A stretch of 64,000 nucleotides of DNA from an uncultured archaeon (GCA_964410585.1 CAYPFW010000002.1:160001-224000); one strand, 5' to 3'. Shown: positions 1-10,106, counted from the first letter of the stretch. The notes: a model not told the origin generated them from the letters alone. Translations and numbers: made by a program.

Positions 1-190
1 CATCAAAATTTATTTTTCCGCTTTGGGTATCAAGAAACCTAAAAACAGTTTTCAAGGCTGTAGATTTCCCTGCACCATTTGGTCCTATCAAGGAAACAAT
101 CTCACCTTTATTTACATAGAAAGAAACATCATCTAAGACTTTGCCTTTCCCATATCCAGAAGAAATTTTTTCAACAGAAAGAAGTGGCAT
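1..190 (-). CDS. ABC transporter ATP-binding protein (LivF-like), 5' part; runs off window
   Basis: Manual translation from ATG at 190: MPLLSVEKISSGYGKGKVLDDVSFYVNKGEIVSLIGPNGAGKST (Walker A). Confidence 0.85.
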   Translation of the reverse strand, partial: MPLLSVEKISSGYGKGKVLDDVSFYVNKGEIVSLIGPNGAGKSTALKTVFRFLDTQSGKINFD

Positions 191-232
191 ATACTGTATA
201 TTGCATAAATAGAATATAAAATTTCCAAGTTC

Positions 233-1417
233 TTATGCAACTGCTGCTGGCGAAAAATGAGAATCAGGCATTGATGCTATCATTTCAGCATAGCGCTTAA
301 GATATGCTGGCTCTTTTGGAGAAAGACTGTTTCTAAATGATGTGGCTAAAGTTCTATCTTTAACTTTTTTAACAATATCGTGTACATTAGACTCGTTCAA
401 ATCACCATAAGCTTGTTTCCTTCTGTGGACTATTTCATCCAGTCCTACCAACACCCTTCCACCAGGCTCACTTATGAGAGAACCTATTTGGTAAAGCCCA
501 GTTGGACGCGGTTTTAGCCATTCATTTTCTGCTCTTTTCCAAACAGAATCTTTTTCGCCAAAAACAAGTGCTTCATGATCTACTGGAGAAGCTGCAATAA
601 AATTTTCTCCAATTCTCCTGTTCAAACCATGGTCTTTTGAAAATCTAGGATTTCCTTGATCAAAAAACACCAAGTCATCAAAAGAAATGCCAAAAACATC
701 AGTAACAGTAAATCCTGCTCCTTCCAAAAGAAGTGCAGATGGTAAAACATCCCAACATTTAGTTGCATGTCTCCAATCACCATAAGCACGTATGTTGCCC
801 TCTAGTAAAGCTACAAGTCTTGTTCCAGTTGCGTCTACGCTTCTTGGTTGATTGCCCAAAACACTACGAAAAACATCTCCTAGTATTTGTTGTCTGTTGA
901 TTGCATTTCTATCTGTTGTATATGCTGTAGGAAGAGGAGCTTCGTATAAATCTGTTTGTTTTGGTGTAGGAATATCCTTCTTTTCTCCAGCTATAATTTT
1001 GAAAGGCCTTTTTCCTCTTTCACCAACATAAGTAACACCATCTCTCAAATTGCAGACAGCTGCTGCTTTCAGATCCCTAACTCTTAACTGTGATCTGTAT
1101 GGAGCAATTGCTATATTTATTCCATGGTCTAAGCCATTGACAGCGTTTTGAGTGCCTTCAATTGGATCGATTAAAAGTAAATATTCAGGTTTTGTAGCTC
1201 CTGTTGCTCCCTCTTCGCCATTGACAAGAGCCCTAATACCATTTCTTGAAAGATATTCAACCACAGATCTATGAACTATTCTATCTTTTGGCGTGACTAT
1301 ATCGCCTGTTTCAGACCTTTCTAAAACTTGGCTACCTATTCCTCGTAGCTGATCTTGAGCATAAGAAACTGCGCCTATCAGAATATCTACAGGTCTTGGA
1401 GAGTACCTTCTTACCAT
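233..1417 (-). CDS. Inositol monophosphatase/FBPase (FIG) family protein with C-terminal extension
   Basis: GEE, DPIEGT and WD metal-binding motifs. Confidence 0.75.
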   Translation of the reverse strand: MVRRYSPRPVDILIGAVSYAQDQLRGIGSQVLERSETGDIVTPKDRIVHRSVVEYLSRNGIRALVNGEEGATGATKPEYLLLIDPIEGTQNAVNGLDHGINIAIAPYRSQLRVRDLKAAAVCNLRDGVTYVGERGKRPFKIIAGEKKDIPTPKQTDLYEAPLPTAYTTDRNAINRQQILGDVFRSVLGNQPRSVDATGTRLVALLEGNIRAYGDWRHATKCWDVLPSALLLEGAGFTVTDVFGISFDDLVFFDQGNPRFSKDHGLNRRIGENFIAASPVDHEALVFGEKDSVWKRAENEWLKPRPTGLYQIGSLISEPGGRVLVGLDEIVHRRKQAYGDLNESNVHDIVKKVKDRTLATSFRNSLSPKEPAYLKRYAEMIASMPDSHFSPAAVA

Positions 1418-1484
1418 AGTTATAGATAATTTTTCCCTTTATAAAGTTTACTACCTGTAAGTACTATATAAATAAAATTCTAAT

Positions 1485-2087
1485 CTATGAACCCACTTGA
1501 CTATTTAGTTTCTTTTTCTTGTGCCTCTTATACAAAAGATAGCCAGCAATTGCCGCAACAGCAACTATTAGACTAATTGGTCCTAAAAACAAATCTAAAG
1601 TTGACATTATTGTTTGACCGTAGAAGGCCAAAACCCCTCCTATCAAGAAAAACCTTGCTCCCCTTGCTGGTATTGAAACAAGCGCCATGCGAACCCAACT
1701 ATACTTGAATACGCCAGAAGCTATTGTAAAAACTTTGTATGGAACAGGAGTGAAGGCTGCAATCGCAACCGCCCAGTCTCCATATCTTGTGAAATAGTCT
1801 TCAACTTTTTTGGCTCTATGCTCTTTTGTAAATTTTAGCAAGAGAGGCCTGCCTCCTTTTATACCAATAAAATAACCAAACAGAGCGCCAGCAACAGACC
1901 CTATTGTGCATATTGTTGATAAAAATATCCAATCGTTGGGGCTAATTAAAACTAGTCCAATTAAAATTAAATCAGGCGGTATTGGGAAGAATGACGATTC
2001 TATAAAAGCTATGACAAACAAACCGAAGGGACCTAGTGGTGTGAGCACAGAATTTGTCCATTCCAAAAGCTGTTGTGTGATTGACAT
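1485..2087 (-). CDS. DedA/VTT (YqaA-like) membrane protein
   Basis: ESSFFPIPPD and FTPVPYK motifs, several TM helices. Confidence 0.85.
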   Translation of the reverse strand: MSITQQLLEWTNSVLTPLGPFGLFVIAFIESSFFPIPPDLILIGLVLISPNDWIFLSTICTIGSVAGALFGYFIGIKGGRPLLLKFTKEHRAKKVEDYFTRYGDWAVAIAAFTPVPYKVFTIASGVFKYSWVRMALVSIPARGARFFLIGGVLAFYGQTIMSTLDLFLGPISLIVAVAAIAGYLLYKRHKKKKLNSQVGS

Positions 2088-2128
2088 AGACTGTATACAA
2101 AAGACAAATTTATATAGTTAGTCCACTT

Positions 2129-2428
2129 TTACCCACCAAACAGCATGCCAAATCCAGAATCAGCTTGGTCTTCTTGTTCCTCGATTTTCTTTAGAACATC
2201 GTCTTTTTCTTTTCCGTGAACTTCTTCTACCAACCCTTTTAGAATTTCCTTTGCGTGTTTGATTGATTCTTCTGAGCCGTTGATCTTCAAAAAATAGCCA
2301 TCTTTTTTCAAACCAAGTGAAGCAGGCTCCCTGTAGGTTAGAGACTGCCTTGATGTTATGTCATCTTTTTCTACAAGATCTTTTACCTTTGGGTAATCTG
2401 AAGATTTGAGCCAAAACAAACTGATCAT
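2129..2428 (-). CDS. Small hypothetical protein, overlapping the cca stop
   Basis: 99-aa ORF with ATGA overlap to cca. Confidence 0.6.
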   Translation of the reverse strand: MISLFWLKSSDYPKVKDLVEKDDITSRQSLTYREPASLGLKKDGYFLKINGSEESIKHAKEILKGLVEEVHGKEKDDVLKKIEEQEDQADSGFGMLFGG

Positions 2429-3804
2429 ACACTGATTCTGTCATTTAGATATTTAAATACAAATTCCTCTAGTCCTGGCTTTATCACCTTTTGGTCTTCG
2501 AGGATTTTGAATGCCTTGGAGACCTCTTCCGCGACATAGGACGGAATGCCTTTTTCTTTTAAGACATCTAGCTTCACGCTCAAACTGTCGACAAGCTTGT
2601 CATGTGCTGTTAAGTTTTTTCTATTGATTTCAGCAATCCATTTGTCTTCTTCTATAAGCATCCTGCCTAAGGGCTTGTATTTCTTAATAAACTCCTCTGC
2701 ATGTGTTGGCACAAAAATTGGTGGGCCGACAACTTTCCTTAGTTTTGGAAGTTTCCAAACTTCTAGTTCCAAAAGAATATGGCAAAATTTTTCATCTGCA
2801 ACAACATCATAGCCTATTGGTAAAAACTCATTTTCTTTCAAAATTCCTTGGACTCGGTTTGCTGCTTTTCGAAGCTGGGAATAGATGATATCGTCAACTA
2901 CTGATGATCGCGAAAATTCCAAAAGGAGGAATTTTGTGCCTCTTGATTTCAATTGTTTGACTAAATTTTTCTTGTTTATTTTTGGCTTTGTAGAAAAGAA
3001 AATGTTTTCAGATGGTTTTTGGACAAAATGTTCACAAGCTTTCACAAATTTCACAAAGTTTGATGGGGAAACAGAAGCTGCAACATTTCTTTTTGGGTCA
3101 ACTGGGTCTATAACAACAAGAGGTTGGTGCGAAAATTCTTTTCTGTTACCTTTGTAGATGTTTTCCAAATCAATGAAAGTCTTCCCAGGAAACCACCACT
3201 CAGGGGCTCTTTTGACCAAATTTGAAAAAGATTTGTAGTTAATGATTATTAGTTCGCATAAATAACCGGAAAATCCCTGAGTCTTTAGGTCTGAGCCGTA
3301 GACACCAATTGATTTGCAAAACTGTTTGAGTAGTCGGACTTCAGGTGCAAGGTTTCCTAAATGAGAATCTAAATATTTATTGTGGAAAGGTGTTCGATCT
3401 ACTGCAGATTTTATTTTTTCAGCTGAAGCAACTTTGTATGCTGGAACTATATCAACATCAAAACCTTCTATTTTTGCTTTCGTGTATGGGTGTTCTGCGT
3501 ATGCTACTTGGTGCACACCTTTTAGCTTTGAGACTATTTTTTTCCCAATTTCCAATCCATCTTTTTCCAGGTCTTCCCTTGATGTTTGCTCTGGGAAAAG
3601 TATGAACAAATCAAACTCCTTCTTGTGGGAGAGCCATGTGTTTCTAGAAAAAGATCCAGCCAAAACAAGATCATATCCTAGTGGTTTGATGATAGAATTT
3701 GCAGCTTCTTTCACCTTCTCAACAACAGAATTTAGTTGTTTCTTTTCCTGTTCAGAAGGCGTGATCCTAACAAGAACAGACTTTAGGACAGAGTCAATTG
3801 GCAT
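2425..3804 (-). CDS. cca: Archaeal class I CCA-adding tRNA nucleotidyltransferase
   Basis: GS..EFDLF, YAEHPY, DIVP, SAVDRTPFH, GFSGYLCE, DPVDP motifs; start set at MPIDS (3804). Confidence 0.95.
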   Translation of the reverse strand: MPIDSVLKSVLVRITPSEQEKKQLNSVVEKVKEAANSIIKPLGYDLVLAGSFSRNTWLSHKKEFDLFILFPEQTSREDLEKDGLEIGKKIVSKLKGVHQVAYAEHPYTKAKIEGFDVDIVPAYKVASAEKIKSAVDRTPFHNKYLDSHLGNLAPEVRLLKQFCKSIGVYGSDLKTQGFSGYLCELIIINYKSFSNLVKRAPEWWFPGKTFIDLENIYKGNRKEFSHQPLVVIDPVDPKRNVAASVSPSNFVKFVKACEHFVQKPSENIFFSTKPKINKKNLVKQLKSRGTKFLLLEFSRSSVVDDIIYSQLRKAANRVQGILKENEFLPIGYDVVADEKFCHILLELEVWKLPKLRKVVGPPIFVPTHAEEFIKKYKPLGRMLIEEDKWIAEINRKNLTAHDKLVDSLSVKLDVLKEKGIPSYVAEEVSKAFKILEDQKVIKPGLEEFVFKYLNDRISV

Positions 3805-3866
3805 ATTGTATAATAATTGGACGAGGGTGTATTTAATCAATTTAAAGCTTGCAGAGAAGAAGTTGA

Positions 3867-4700
3867 ATGGTATTGAAAGTAGTTGTTTTAGATTTTGATG
3901 GAACACTTACAAATGTAGACGAGGAAGCAGTTCCATTTGTTGATGGATATAAGAACGATGTTGCAAAGGACTTGGGTTTGAGTAGAGAAGCACTTGAAGA
4001 AAAGTGGGCCAGTGCAGCATCAAAAATAGATGCTGATCCAAGCAATCATGGTTGGAAAAGCGAGGGTAGAATCGTAGCTCCTGCTTATGCTGATCCACTA
4101 GTTCATTCTAGAGCTGTTGCCGGATTACTTCTAGATGAAACACATGTATATGATGAGCGTGTAAGGGAAGATGTGTTAAACAGATATTTTCAGTCAAACT
4201 ATGGGAGGTTGGGAGTTTCGTTTAAAGATGGGGCAGATGAATTTCTTTCCCGAATTAAAGATGCTTTCGGTGTTCATATTGTAACAAATTCTGGTACAGA
4301 TGGTGTTAGAAGAAAAGTTAGCCAATTGCCAAGCGACCACACTGAAATTCCAATTCACGGTGATGCTAAAAAGTATATACTCAATCCGGACTGGGAACAG
4401 ATACCAGATAGCATCCAAAGACAAGGATACGGAAGACCTTTATTTTTAAGAAGACAAATGTATTGGCAAGTTTTATCTGGAATTATGAAAGAGAGAGGAG
4501 TTTTAGCGGACGAAGTTGCTGTTGTTGGCGATATTTATGAACTTGATTTATTGTTGCCTGAACATAAGTGGATGCATATTGTTTTAACCCCACGAGGAAG
4601 CACGCCAAGTTTTGAAGTAGAAGCAGTAAGGTCTTCGCCACTCGGATATGTTGCTAGGAATTTAGATGAAGTGGCAGACTATTTGATGAGATTGAGATAA
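3867..4700 (+). CDS. HAD-superfamily hydrolase
   Basis: DFDGT (motif I), VTNS (II), GDIYELD (IV). Confidence 0.85.
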   Translation: MVLKVVVLDFDGTLTNVDEEAVPFVDGYKNDVAKDLGLSREALEEKWASAASKIDADPSNHGWKSEGRIVAPAYADPLVHSRAVAGLLLDETHVYDERVREDVLNRYFQSNYGRLGVSFKDGADEFLSRIKDAFGVHIVTNSGTDGVRRKVSQLPSDHTEIPIHGDAKKYILNPDWEQIPDSIQRQGYGRPLFLRRQMYWQVLSGIMKERGVLADEVAVVGDIYELDLLLPEHKWMHIVLTPRGSTPSFEVEAVRSSPLGYVARNLDEVADYLMRLR

Positions 4701-4729
4701 TACCTGAAATCTAATATAGTTGTATATTC

Positions 4730-5068
4730 TTAGGATCCCTTCAATAGCTTGCAAAGCCTATCAATAACTTCCAATAACTTATTTTGTTTGAGCTCGCCAA
4801 TTTTATACAAAATCAAGGATTTATCAGCTGTAAAAAGCTTGCTTGGTTTGATATAACTTGGAATATTTAGGGATCCTTCTTTGAAATCAGTGTTGTCTAA
4901 GTTTATCGAATACTTGTTTGGTCCAACATCTCTGCTAGTTATTTGGCATAAAATCATGTCTTGACCCTCTAGGGCTGAAAGTATAAGAGCCGGTCTCTTT
5001 TTTGTTGACGATAAATCAGAAAATGGGAAGGGTATAACAACTACATCTCCCTTTACAAATGTTTCCAT
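4730..5068 (-). CDS. PemK/MazF family endoribonuclease toxin
   Basis: KGDVVVIPFPFSD..KKRPALI..QITS; start at METFVK (5068). Confidence 0.9.
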   Translation of the reverse strand: METFVKGDVVVIPFPFSDLSSTKKRPALILSALEGQDMILCQITSRDVGPNKYSINLDNTDFKEGSLNIPSYIKPSKLFTADKSLILYKIGELKQNKLLEVIDRLCKLLKGS

Positions 5069-5069
5069 G

Positions 5070-5143
5070 TTATCACTTTTTCTTTCTATACTCTCTTTGC
5101 AAAGAAAACCTGAACTAAAAGAAACACACAATTGGTTTCAGAA
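5070..5143 (+). repeat. Dispersed repeat family 1 (variant) between MazE-like and MazF-like genes
   Basis: Closely similar to 10031-10106 (AAAGAAAACCTGMACTAAAAGAAACACRCAATTGGYTTCAGAA); flanked by 17-bp imperfect direct repeats. Confidence 0.8.
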
Positions 5144-5410
5144 TTACAGATTCTTCCATGCTTCGTCCTCTTCTTTTTTGTTCCAATCTTTTGCTAAAGA
5201 CTTTTCACTTAGCAAGGCTGTTATAACACCTTCTTTTGAAAGGTCAAGTTTTTTAATTGTGCCTAGTGATCTTAATTCAATATGATCATCATAAGCTAGC
5301 ACAGCTATTTTTGATCCTTCCTCGAACCCTTCTATTTCTCTTATATCTTTTGGTATAGCTATCTGGCCCTTCTCAGTTATCTTTGCTGTTTTAATTTCCA
5401 ATAGTGGCAT
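5144..5410 (-). CDS. AbrB/MazE-type antitoxin
   Basis: KITEKGQIAIPKDIRE AbrB motif, upstream of toxin, C-terminal EDEAWKNL. Confidence 0.85.
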   Translation of the reverse strand: MPLLEIKTAKITEKGQIAIPKDIREIEGFEEGSKIAVLAYDDHIELRSLGTIKKLDLSKEGVITALLSEKSLAKDWNKKEEDEAWKNL

Positions 5411-5418
5411 ATAATCAC

Positions 5419-5477
5419 CTTACAAGTAAGAATTGTAAGAACGGATATATAAACTAATATAACACCGTTATATAGTT
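5419..5477. promoter_or_regulatory. Putative TA operator palindromes
   Basis: CTTAC-AA-GTAAG and ATATAAC-ACC-GTTATAT inverted repeats upstream of the antitoxin. Confidence 0.4.
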
Positions 5478-5605
5478 CTGTCGAAGTCCCTACTCCCCAA
5501 TGATCAGTCTCATTTATATTCCCTAAATCCTAAAATAAACAGTAGCAAGGGATATCTTTATATATACTTGTTACTTATAAGTAAATAACAGTATCATGTT
5601 TACCA

Positions 5606-5992
5606 ATGGCTAAATGCCATAAATCATCCACAAACACCAGCGAAATGCTGTCTAACTTGTTGGAAGTTGCTCAGCAACTGAAAGACAAGTATGTGATTGT
5701 GGAAGGTAAAAGAGACGAAGAGGTTCTTAGAAGCCTCGGTGTCAAAAATACAATAAAGATAGCTCAGGGGAATATTCACGAAATTCCATTCACGCTTAAT
5801 AGCAATAAAGAAATTGTCATACTTACAGACTTTGACAGGGCAGGCAGAAAGCTTGCATCAAGGGCTAACAATATCTTTAAAGCGCACAGACTCAAAGTAA
5901 ATTCGCATTTGCGAAAACGATTTATGAGTTTGGGCAAAACAAGAGTGGAAGATTTTCGAACTATTTCTCAGCAACTATCTACGAAAATTTAG
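5606..5992 (+). CDS. Small TOPRIM-domain protein (RNase M5-like)
   Basis: IVEGKRD and ILTDFDRAG motifs. Confidence 0.85.
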   Translation: MAKCHKSSTNTSEMLSNLLEVAQQLKDKYVIVEGKRDEEVLRSLGVKNTIKIAQGNIHEIPFTLNSNKEIVILTDFDRAGRKLASRANNIFKAHRLKVNSHLRKRFMSLGKTRVEDFRTISQQLSTKI

Positions 5993-6023
5993 TGGAATCG
6001 CAGATTCCCTAAGGAGAGAATTT

Positions 6024-7337
6024 ATGTCTAAGTTAGCACCAAGTTCAACAAAATATATAGTCAGAGCTTCAATAAAAGCAAAGGGTGTTGTTGAAAAACC
6101 CGATGTAATTGGAGCAATTTTTGGTCAAACAGAAGGCCTTTTAGGCTCTGATCTAAATCTAAGGGAACTTCAAAGAACAGGAAAAATTGGAAGAATTGAA
6201 GTCAACGTAAAATCAATAAAAGGAAACTCAGAAGGGGAAATAATCATACCTACATCTTTGAGTTCAGCTGAGACTTCTTTGATCGCAGCAACTTTGGAAA
6301 CAATTGAGAGGATTGGTCCATGCACAGCTACAATCAAGCTTTTGAAAGTAGACGATGCAATGGAAAATAAAAGAAAATTTGTAGTTGATAAAGCAAAACA
6401 AATTCTTCAAGGTTTAGTTGAAACATCAACTTTGGATGTCGATGAAATTTCTGAACAGATAAAAGAATCTGTAAGAACACATGAAATCACATCATACCAA
6501 GGCCTTCCAGCAGGACCAGGAATAGCTGAATCTGATAATATTTTAATTGTCGAGGGTCGTGCAGATGTTTTGAACCTTTTGAAATTTGGAATAAAAAATG
6601 CAATAGCAATTGAAGGAACATCTGTTCCGCCGCAAATTGTTGCACTTGCAAAAGAAAAGGAAACAACTGCACTTACAGACGGCGACAGAGGCGGAATCCT
6701 GATAATAAAAGAGCTAATGCAAGTCGCTGAAATAGATTATGTTGCTCAAGCTCCTGCAGGAAAAGAAGTAGAAGAATCAACAAAAAAAGAAATCTACAAA
6801 GCAATAAGAGACAGGATACCAGCAGAGCAATTCAAAGGCGAGCTTTTGAACCTACCAGACAAAAAACCAAAAGTTGAGCCAGTACAAACATATTTCAAAG
6901 CTCCAGAAACAATGAGAGCAGAGCATCCAATTGCTGTTCAAACATCTGGCTCTGGAAGATATGAAAAAAGAACCTATTCAGAAAAGCCAGTTAGAGGAAG
7001 GACAACAAAAACAGCGCCTCAACCAACAATAAGACGAACAAACCTAAAACCAGACCAAAAAGACCTTTTCAAAAAAACACTAGAAGAGCTTGTTGGAACA
7101 AGAGCTGCATGCATATTCAACGACAAAAACGAGCTTTTGGGAAAAGTTCCTGTATCAGAGCTCGAAAATGTCATCAGAACAATAGATGATCCATATTGTA
7201 TAGTTTTCGATGGAAAAGTAGACTTCAAAATGGACTTCATCGCCAAAAAGAAAAATACAATCAAATACCTAATTGGTATGGAGAAAGATAGGATACTTTC
7301 ACCGATTAATATACTTAGCAGGGAAGATTTGAATTAA
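6024..7337 (+). CDS. dnaG: Archaeal DnaG (primase-like, exosome-associated)
   Basis: GVVEKPDVIGAIFGQTEGLLG, VEGRADV, DGDRGG. Confidence 0.95.
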   Translation: MSKLAPSSTKYIVRASIKAKGVVEKPDVIGAIFGQTEGLLGSDLNLRELQRTGKIGRIEVNVKSIKGNSEGEIIIPTSLSSAETSLIAATLETIERIGPCTATIKLLKVDDAMENKRKFVVDKAKQILQGLVETSTLDVDEISEQIKESVRTHEITSYQGLPAGPGIAESDNILIVEGRADVLNLLKFGIKNAIAIEGTSVPPQIVALAKEKETTALTDGDRGGILIIKELMQVAEIDYVAQAPAGKEVEESTKKEIYKAIRDRIPAEQFKGELLNLPDKKPKVEPVQTYFKAPETMRAEHPIAVQTSGSGRYEKRTYSEKPVRGRTTKTAPQPTIRRTNLKPDQKDLFKKTLEELVGTRAACIFNDKNELLGKVPVSELENVIRTIDDPYCIVFDGKVDFKMDFIAKKKNTIKYLIGMEKDRILSPINILSREDLN

Positions 7338-7345
7338 TCTTTCCC

Positions 7346-7735
7346 TTAATTTATTTTTATCTGTCCTCTCAAGGGAATTAACTCAATTTCTCCTTTGTAG
7401 AGTTGGATAGTTCCTACAATTTCTACCTTTGCGCCATTTTTTAGTTGGCTCAAATCAAATCCAGAAAGCTCTAATTGTTCTAAAGTATCTTCCCAAAAAA
7501 CAACTTTTATAGAAGAATTTTCAGCTTTTAGATCAAAGGAAGTTGTCTTTCCGCTTTTGAAATTTGAGATTTCTCCAGATGTTTTCAAAACCTTGTTAAC
7601 CAAGGAATTGTCTATTTTTTGAACAGGAACAAACTCGTAGTTTAGATTAAGAGCCAATATATACAAGGCTATAATTCCTACAGCAGATCCAACTGCAGAA
7701 ATTTTCATCAGCTGTTTTTCATGCATTTCAATCAC
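7346..7735 (-). CDS. Membrane-anchored OB-fold protein
   Basis: N-terminal TM; VEIVGTIQLYKGEIEL OB-fold end. Confidence 0.65.
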   Translation of the reverse strand: MIEMHEKQLMKISAVGSAVGIIALYILALNLNYEFVPVQKIDNSLVNKVLKTSGEISNFKSGKTTSFDLKAENSSIKVVFWEDTLEQLELSGFDLSQLKNGAKVEIVGTIQLYKGEIELIPLRGQIKIN

Positions 7736-8279
7736 CTAGTTCAAAGATTTTGTAATCCGAATACATCGGCCCTTTTGGGGAAAGCTTGCTTTGTTTTAAA
7801 GCTATTTTATCCACAGTAAATTTCCCGAAATCCAAATTCTTCAACTCTTCTAACTTTTCCAAAAATCTTTTTTTATCTTCCACATTTCTAGGCCTTGCAA
7901 TTGTCAAATGAGGATGAAAATCAAATTCATCTTTCCTTATATAACTCAATTCATCTTCTAATTTTTTTGAAATCTCTACAAGTTCTTCCTTCCCTTCCTC
8001 GCACCCTATCCAAACAACTCGAATAAAGTTTGGTGAGCCAAAATATCCAACACCTTTTGCATGGATTTGGAATTTTTTCAAACTTTTACAAACACCTTTT
8101 ACCTTTTTTACAACATTTTCAACTTCCCCTTCATCAACTTCGCCTAAAAACTTCAATGTATAGTGAAGATTTTCCTTCTCAACATACTTAACATCAGCCA
8201 AACTCTCTACTTGTTTCTCGATTTCAAGAATTTTTTCTTTCAAAACTTCTGGTATATCAACTGCAATAAAAAGGCGCAT
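7728..8279 (-). CDS. thpR: RNA 2',3'-cyclic phosphodiesterase (2H family)
   Basis: MRLFIAVD start, two HxT motifs (HYT, HLT). Confidence 0.9.
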   Translation of the reverse strand: MRLFIAVDIPEVLKEKILEIEKQVESLADVKYVEKENLHYTLKFLGEVDEGEVENVVKKVKGVCKSLKKFQIHAKGVGYFGSPNFIRVVWIGCEEGKEELVEISKKLEDELSYIRKDEFDFHPHLTIARPRNVEDKKRFLEKLEELKNLDFGKFTVDKIALKQSKLSPKGPMYSDYKIFELGD

Positions 8280-8309
8280 ATAATAAATTGTATTGAACAT
8301 TTAATATCT

Positions 8310-8461
8310 GCATACCGTTTCTTTTTGGGTACGATATACTTTTCTTGTAACAATTGAATTTCAAATGTAGTTCTTTTGGGATACTTTAGACATTTTCTAT
8401 TTATTGGTAAACTTTTGATTAAGCTTTTCTTAAAAGCTTACTTTCTAAAAGAAAGGAGTAG
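8310..8461 (-). repeat. Cluster of partial family-1 repeat copies
   Basis: Reverse complement contains CTACTCCTTTCTTTTAGAAAG, GTATCCCAAAAGAACTACA and GTACCCAAAAAGAAACGGTAT segments. Confidence 0.7.
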
Positions 8462-8687
8462 ATAACTGTGTTATCCTTGCTTACTATACGTGTTTTGGAA
8501 AATTTTCGAAAAAGTTTTCACTGGAAAATAATTTTTTTTCAACTTTCAGAAAAAAACTATTTAAATACAGTTCTCATCTTTTCATATTAAAACTTTTTTA
8601 ATTTTTTTAGATATGTCCGCGATAAGGAATTAGAAACCGACAAAGCCGGTTTCCAGTTGATGTCGCGGATTCTGTGTGGGGGCAAAT

Positions 8688-9704
8688 ATGAGTTTTGATG
8701 GGGTTCCATATTCAAGGTTCAGCTGGAATTCCAATCCATTTTCTTTTCAAATTTTGCCTCAGACATTTACTGGTTATGAAAAAGAAGTTGCTGATTTAGT
8801 CTCAGGACTAAAAAATGGCACAAAATTCTCACTTGTTTCGGGCCCAACGGGCTGTGGAAAAACAGCGCTTTTGAAGTATCTTACAACAAAGTTCTCTTCA
8901 CAAGAACACATAATCTATCTTCCCAAACCACCAAAAGATCCAAAGGATTTGATTGAAATATTCCAAACCAACCTGAAGAAAACAGTTTGGGAAAAAATGA
9001 GAAAAAGCAAACTAAACCTTTACAATTTAACAGAATATGCAAACAAAAAGCTGAAAAGCAAAAAGTGCATCCTGTTCATAGACGAGGCACATGAAGCTTC
9101 TATGGAAACATTGGAATGGATGAGGTCACTTGCTGACCAAATAACCAATCTTTCTGTTGTTTTTGCTGGCCTCCCAATTTTAGACAACCTATTAAAAGAA
9201 AGGCTGGAAAGTTTCGGAAAAAGAGTTTCTTTAAAATTCGAGCTGAGCCCTTTAGACAAGTCACAAACAGCTGACTTAATTAAAAAAAGAATACAAAGCG
9301 TCGGCGGCTCTGATATAAGCCCATTCACAATGGATTCGATTAAGTATATCCATGAAAAATCAGGGGGTAGGCCTAGAGATATCCTAAAACTCTGCGATGA
9401 GACAATTAAAAGTGCAATACAAAAAAACACAAGTTTGATAGATACTCAATTTATCTCAGAAACCTCTCACCAAGAAGCCCAAATTGCCCTTCCAGAAAAA
9501 CAAAAAACCATACTCGAACTGCTTTCTCAAAGCAGCCTAACACCAGCAGAAATTGTGTCAAAAATAGATATGTCAAAATACAAAAGTAGAGAGCATGGAG
9601 TCAGATCAGTGAACAATTTGCTGCAAAGATTGATGAAGGAGAACCTTGTTTCTAGGAAAAAATACGGAAAAGCATACAAATACAATCTTGCTTCTAAAAT
9701 CTAA
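8688..9704 (+). CDS. AAA+ ATPase (ExeA/AAA_22-like) with C-terminal winged helix
   Basis: GPTGCGKT Walker A, LFIDEAH Walker B, SGGRPR sensor. Confidence 0.8.
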   Translation: MSFDGVPYSRFSWNSNPFSFQILPQTFTGYEKEVADLVSGLKNGTKFSLVSGPTGCGKTALLKYLTTKFSSQEHIIYLPKPPKDPKDLIEIFQTNLKKTVWEKMRKSKLNLYNLTEYANKKLKSKKCILFIDEAHEASMETLEWMRSLADQITNLSVVFAGLPILDNLLKERLESFGKRVSLKFELSPLDKSQTADLIKKRIQSVGGSDISPFTMDSIKYIHEKSGGRPRDILKLCDETIKSAIQKNTSLIDTQFISETSHQEAQIALPEKQKTILELLSQSSLTPAEIVSKIDMSKYKSREHGVRSVNNLLQRLMKENLVSRKKYGKAYKYNLASKI

Positions 9705-9776
9705 AGCTCTAAAAGCATTTAAATTTGCAAAACCATCTATATACATAATTCTAACATTTAGTTAGGGGGTTTATTT

Positions 9777-10034
9777 ATGGAAAGAGTAAGAAGCAGAGAA
9801 CTGGTTGGCAAAGTTTTGGTTTCTAACGAGAGCGGAAGAAAATTCGGCGTTGTTGGCGACCTAGATTTTATAACAGAATCTGGAGAATTGATCAACATGG
9901 TGCTTGTTGAACCAACAAGACATGCATCTGACCTAAAACTTCAGCAAGATGACAAAGGAAGGACTTTGGTGCCATTTTCATCTGTCAAATCTGTTGGCGA
10001 CTTTGTAATCATTTCTGAAAGAGAAATCGTGTAG
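9777..10034 (+). CDS. PRC-barrel domain protein
   Basis: ELVGKVL..G.KFGVVGDL..VPFSSVKSVGDFVII. Confidence 0.85.
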   Translation: MERVRSRELVGKVLVSNESGRKFGVVGDLDFITESGELINMVLVEPTRHASDLKLQQDDKGRTLVPFSSVKSVGDFVIISEREIV

Positions 10035-10106
10035 CACTTTTTCTTTTCTACACAATTTATCCAAAAGAAAACCTGCACTAAAAGAAACACGCAATTGGCT
10101 TCAGAA
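10031..10106 (+). repeat. Dispersed repeat family 1 (variant) at the PRC gene stop codon
   Basis: Matches 5070-5143. Confidence 0.8.

Noticed and set aside
3805-3906. Apparent head-to-head overlap of cca and the HAD gene
   Set aside because: Disappears when cca starts at ATG 3804
5069-5131. N-terminal extension of the MazF-like ORF
   Set aside because: Read-through of the family-1 repeat; the likely start is 5068
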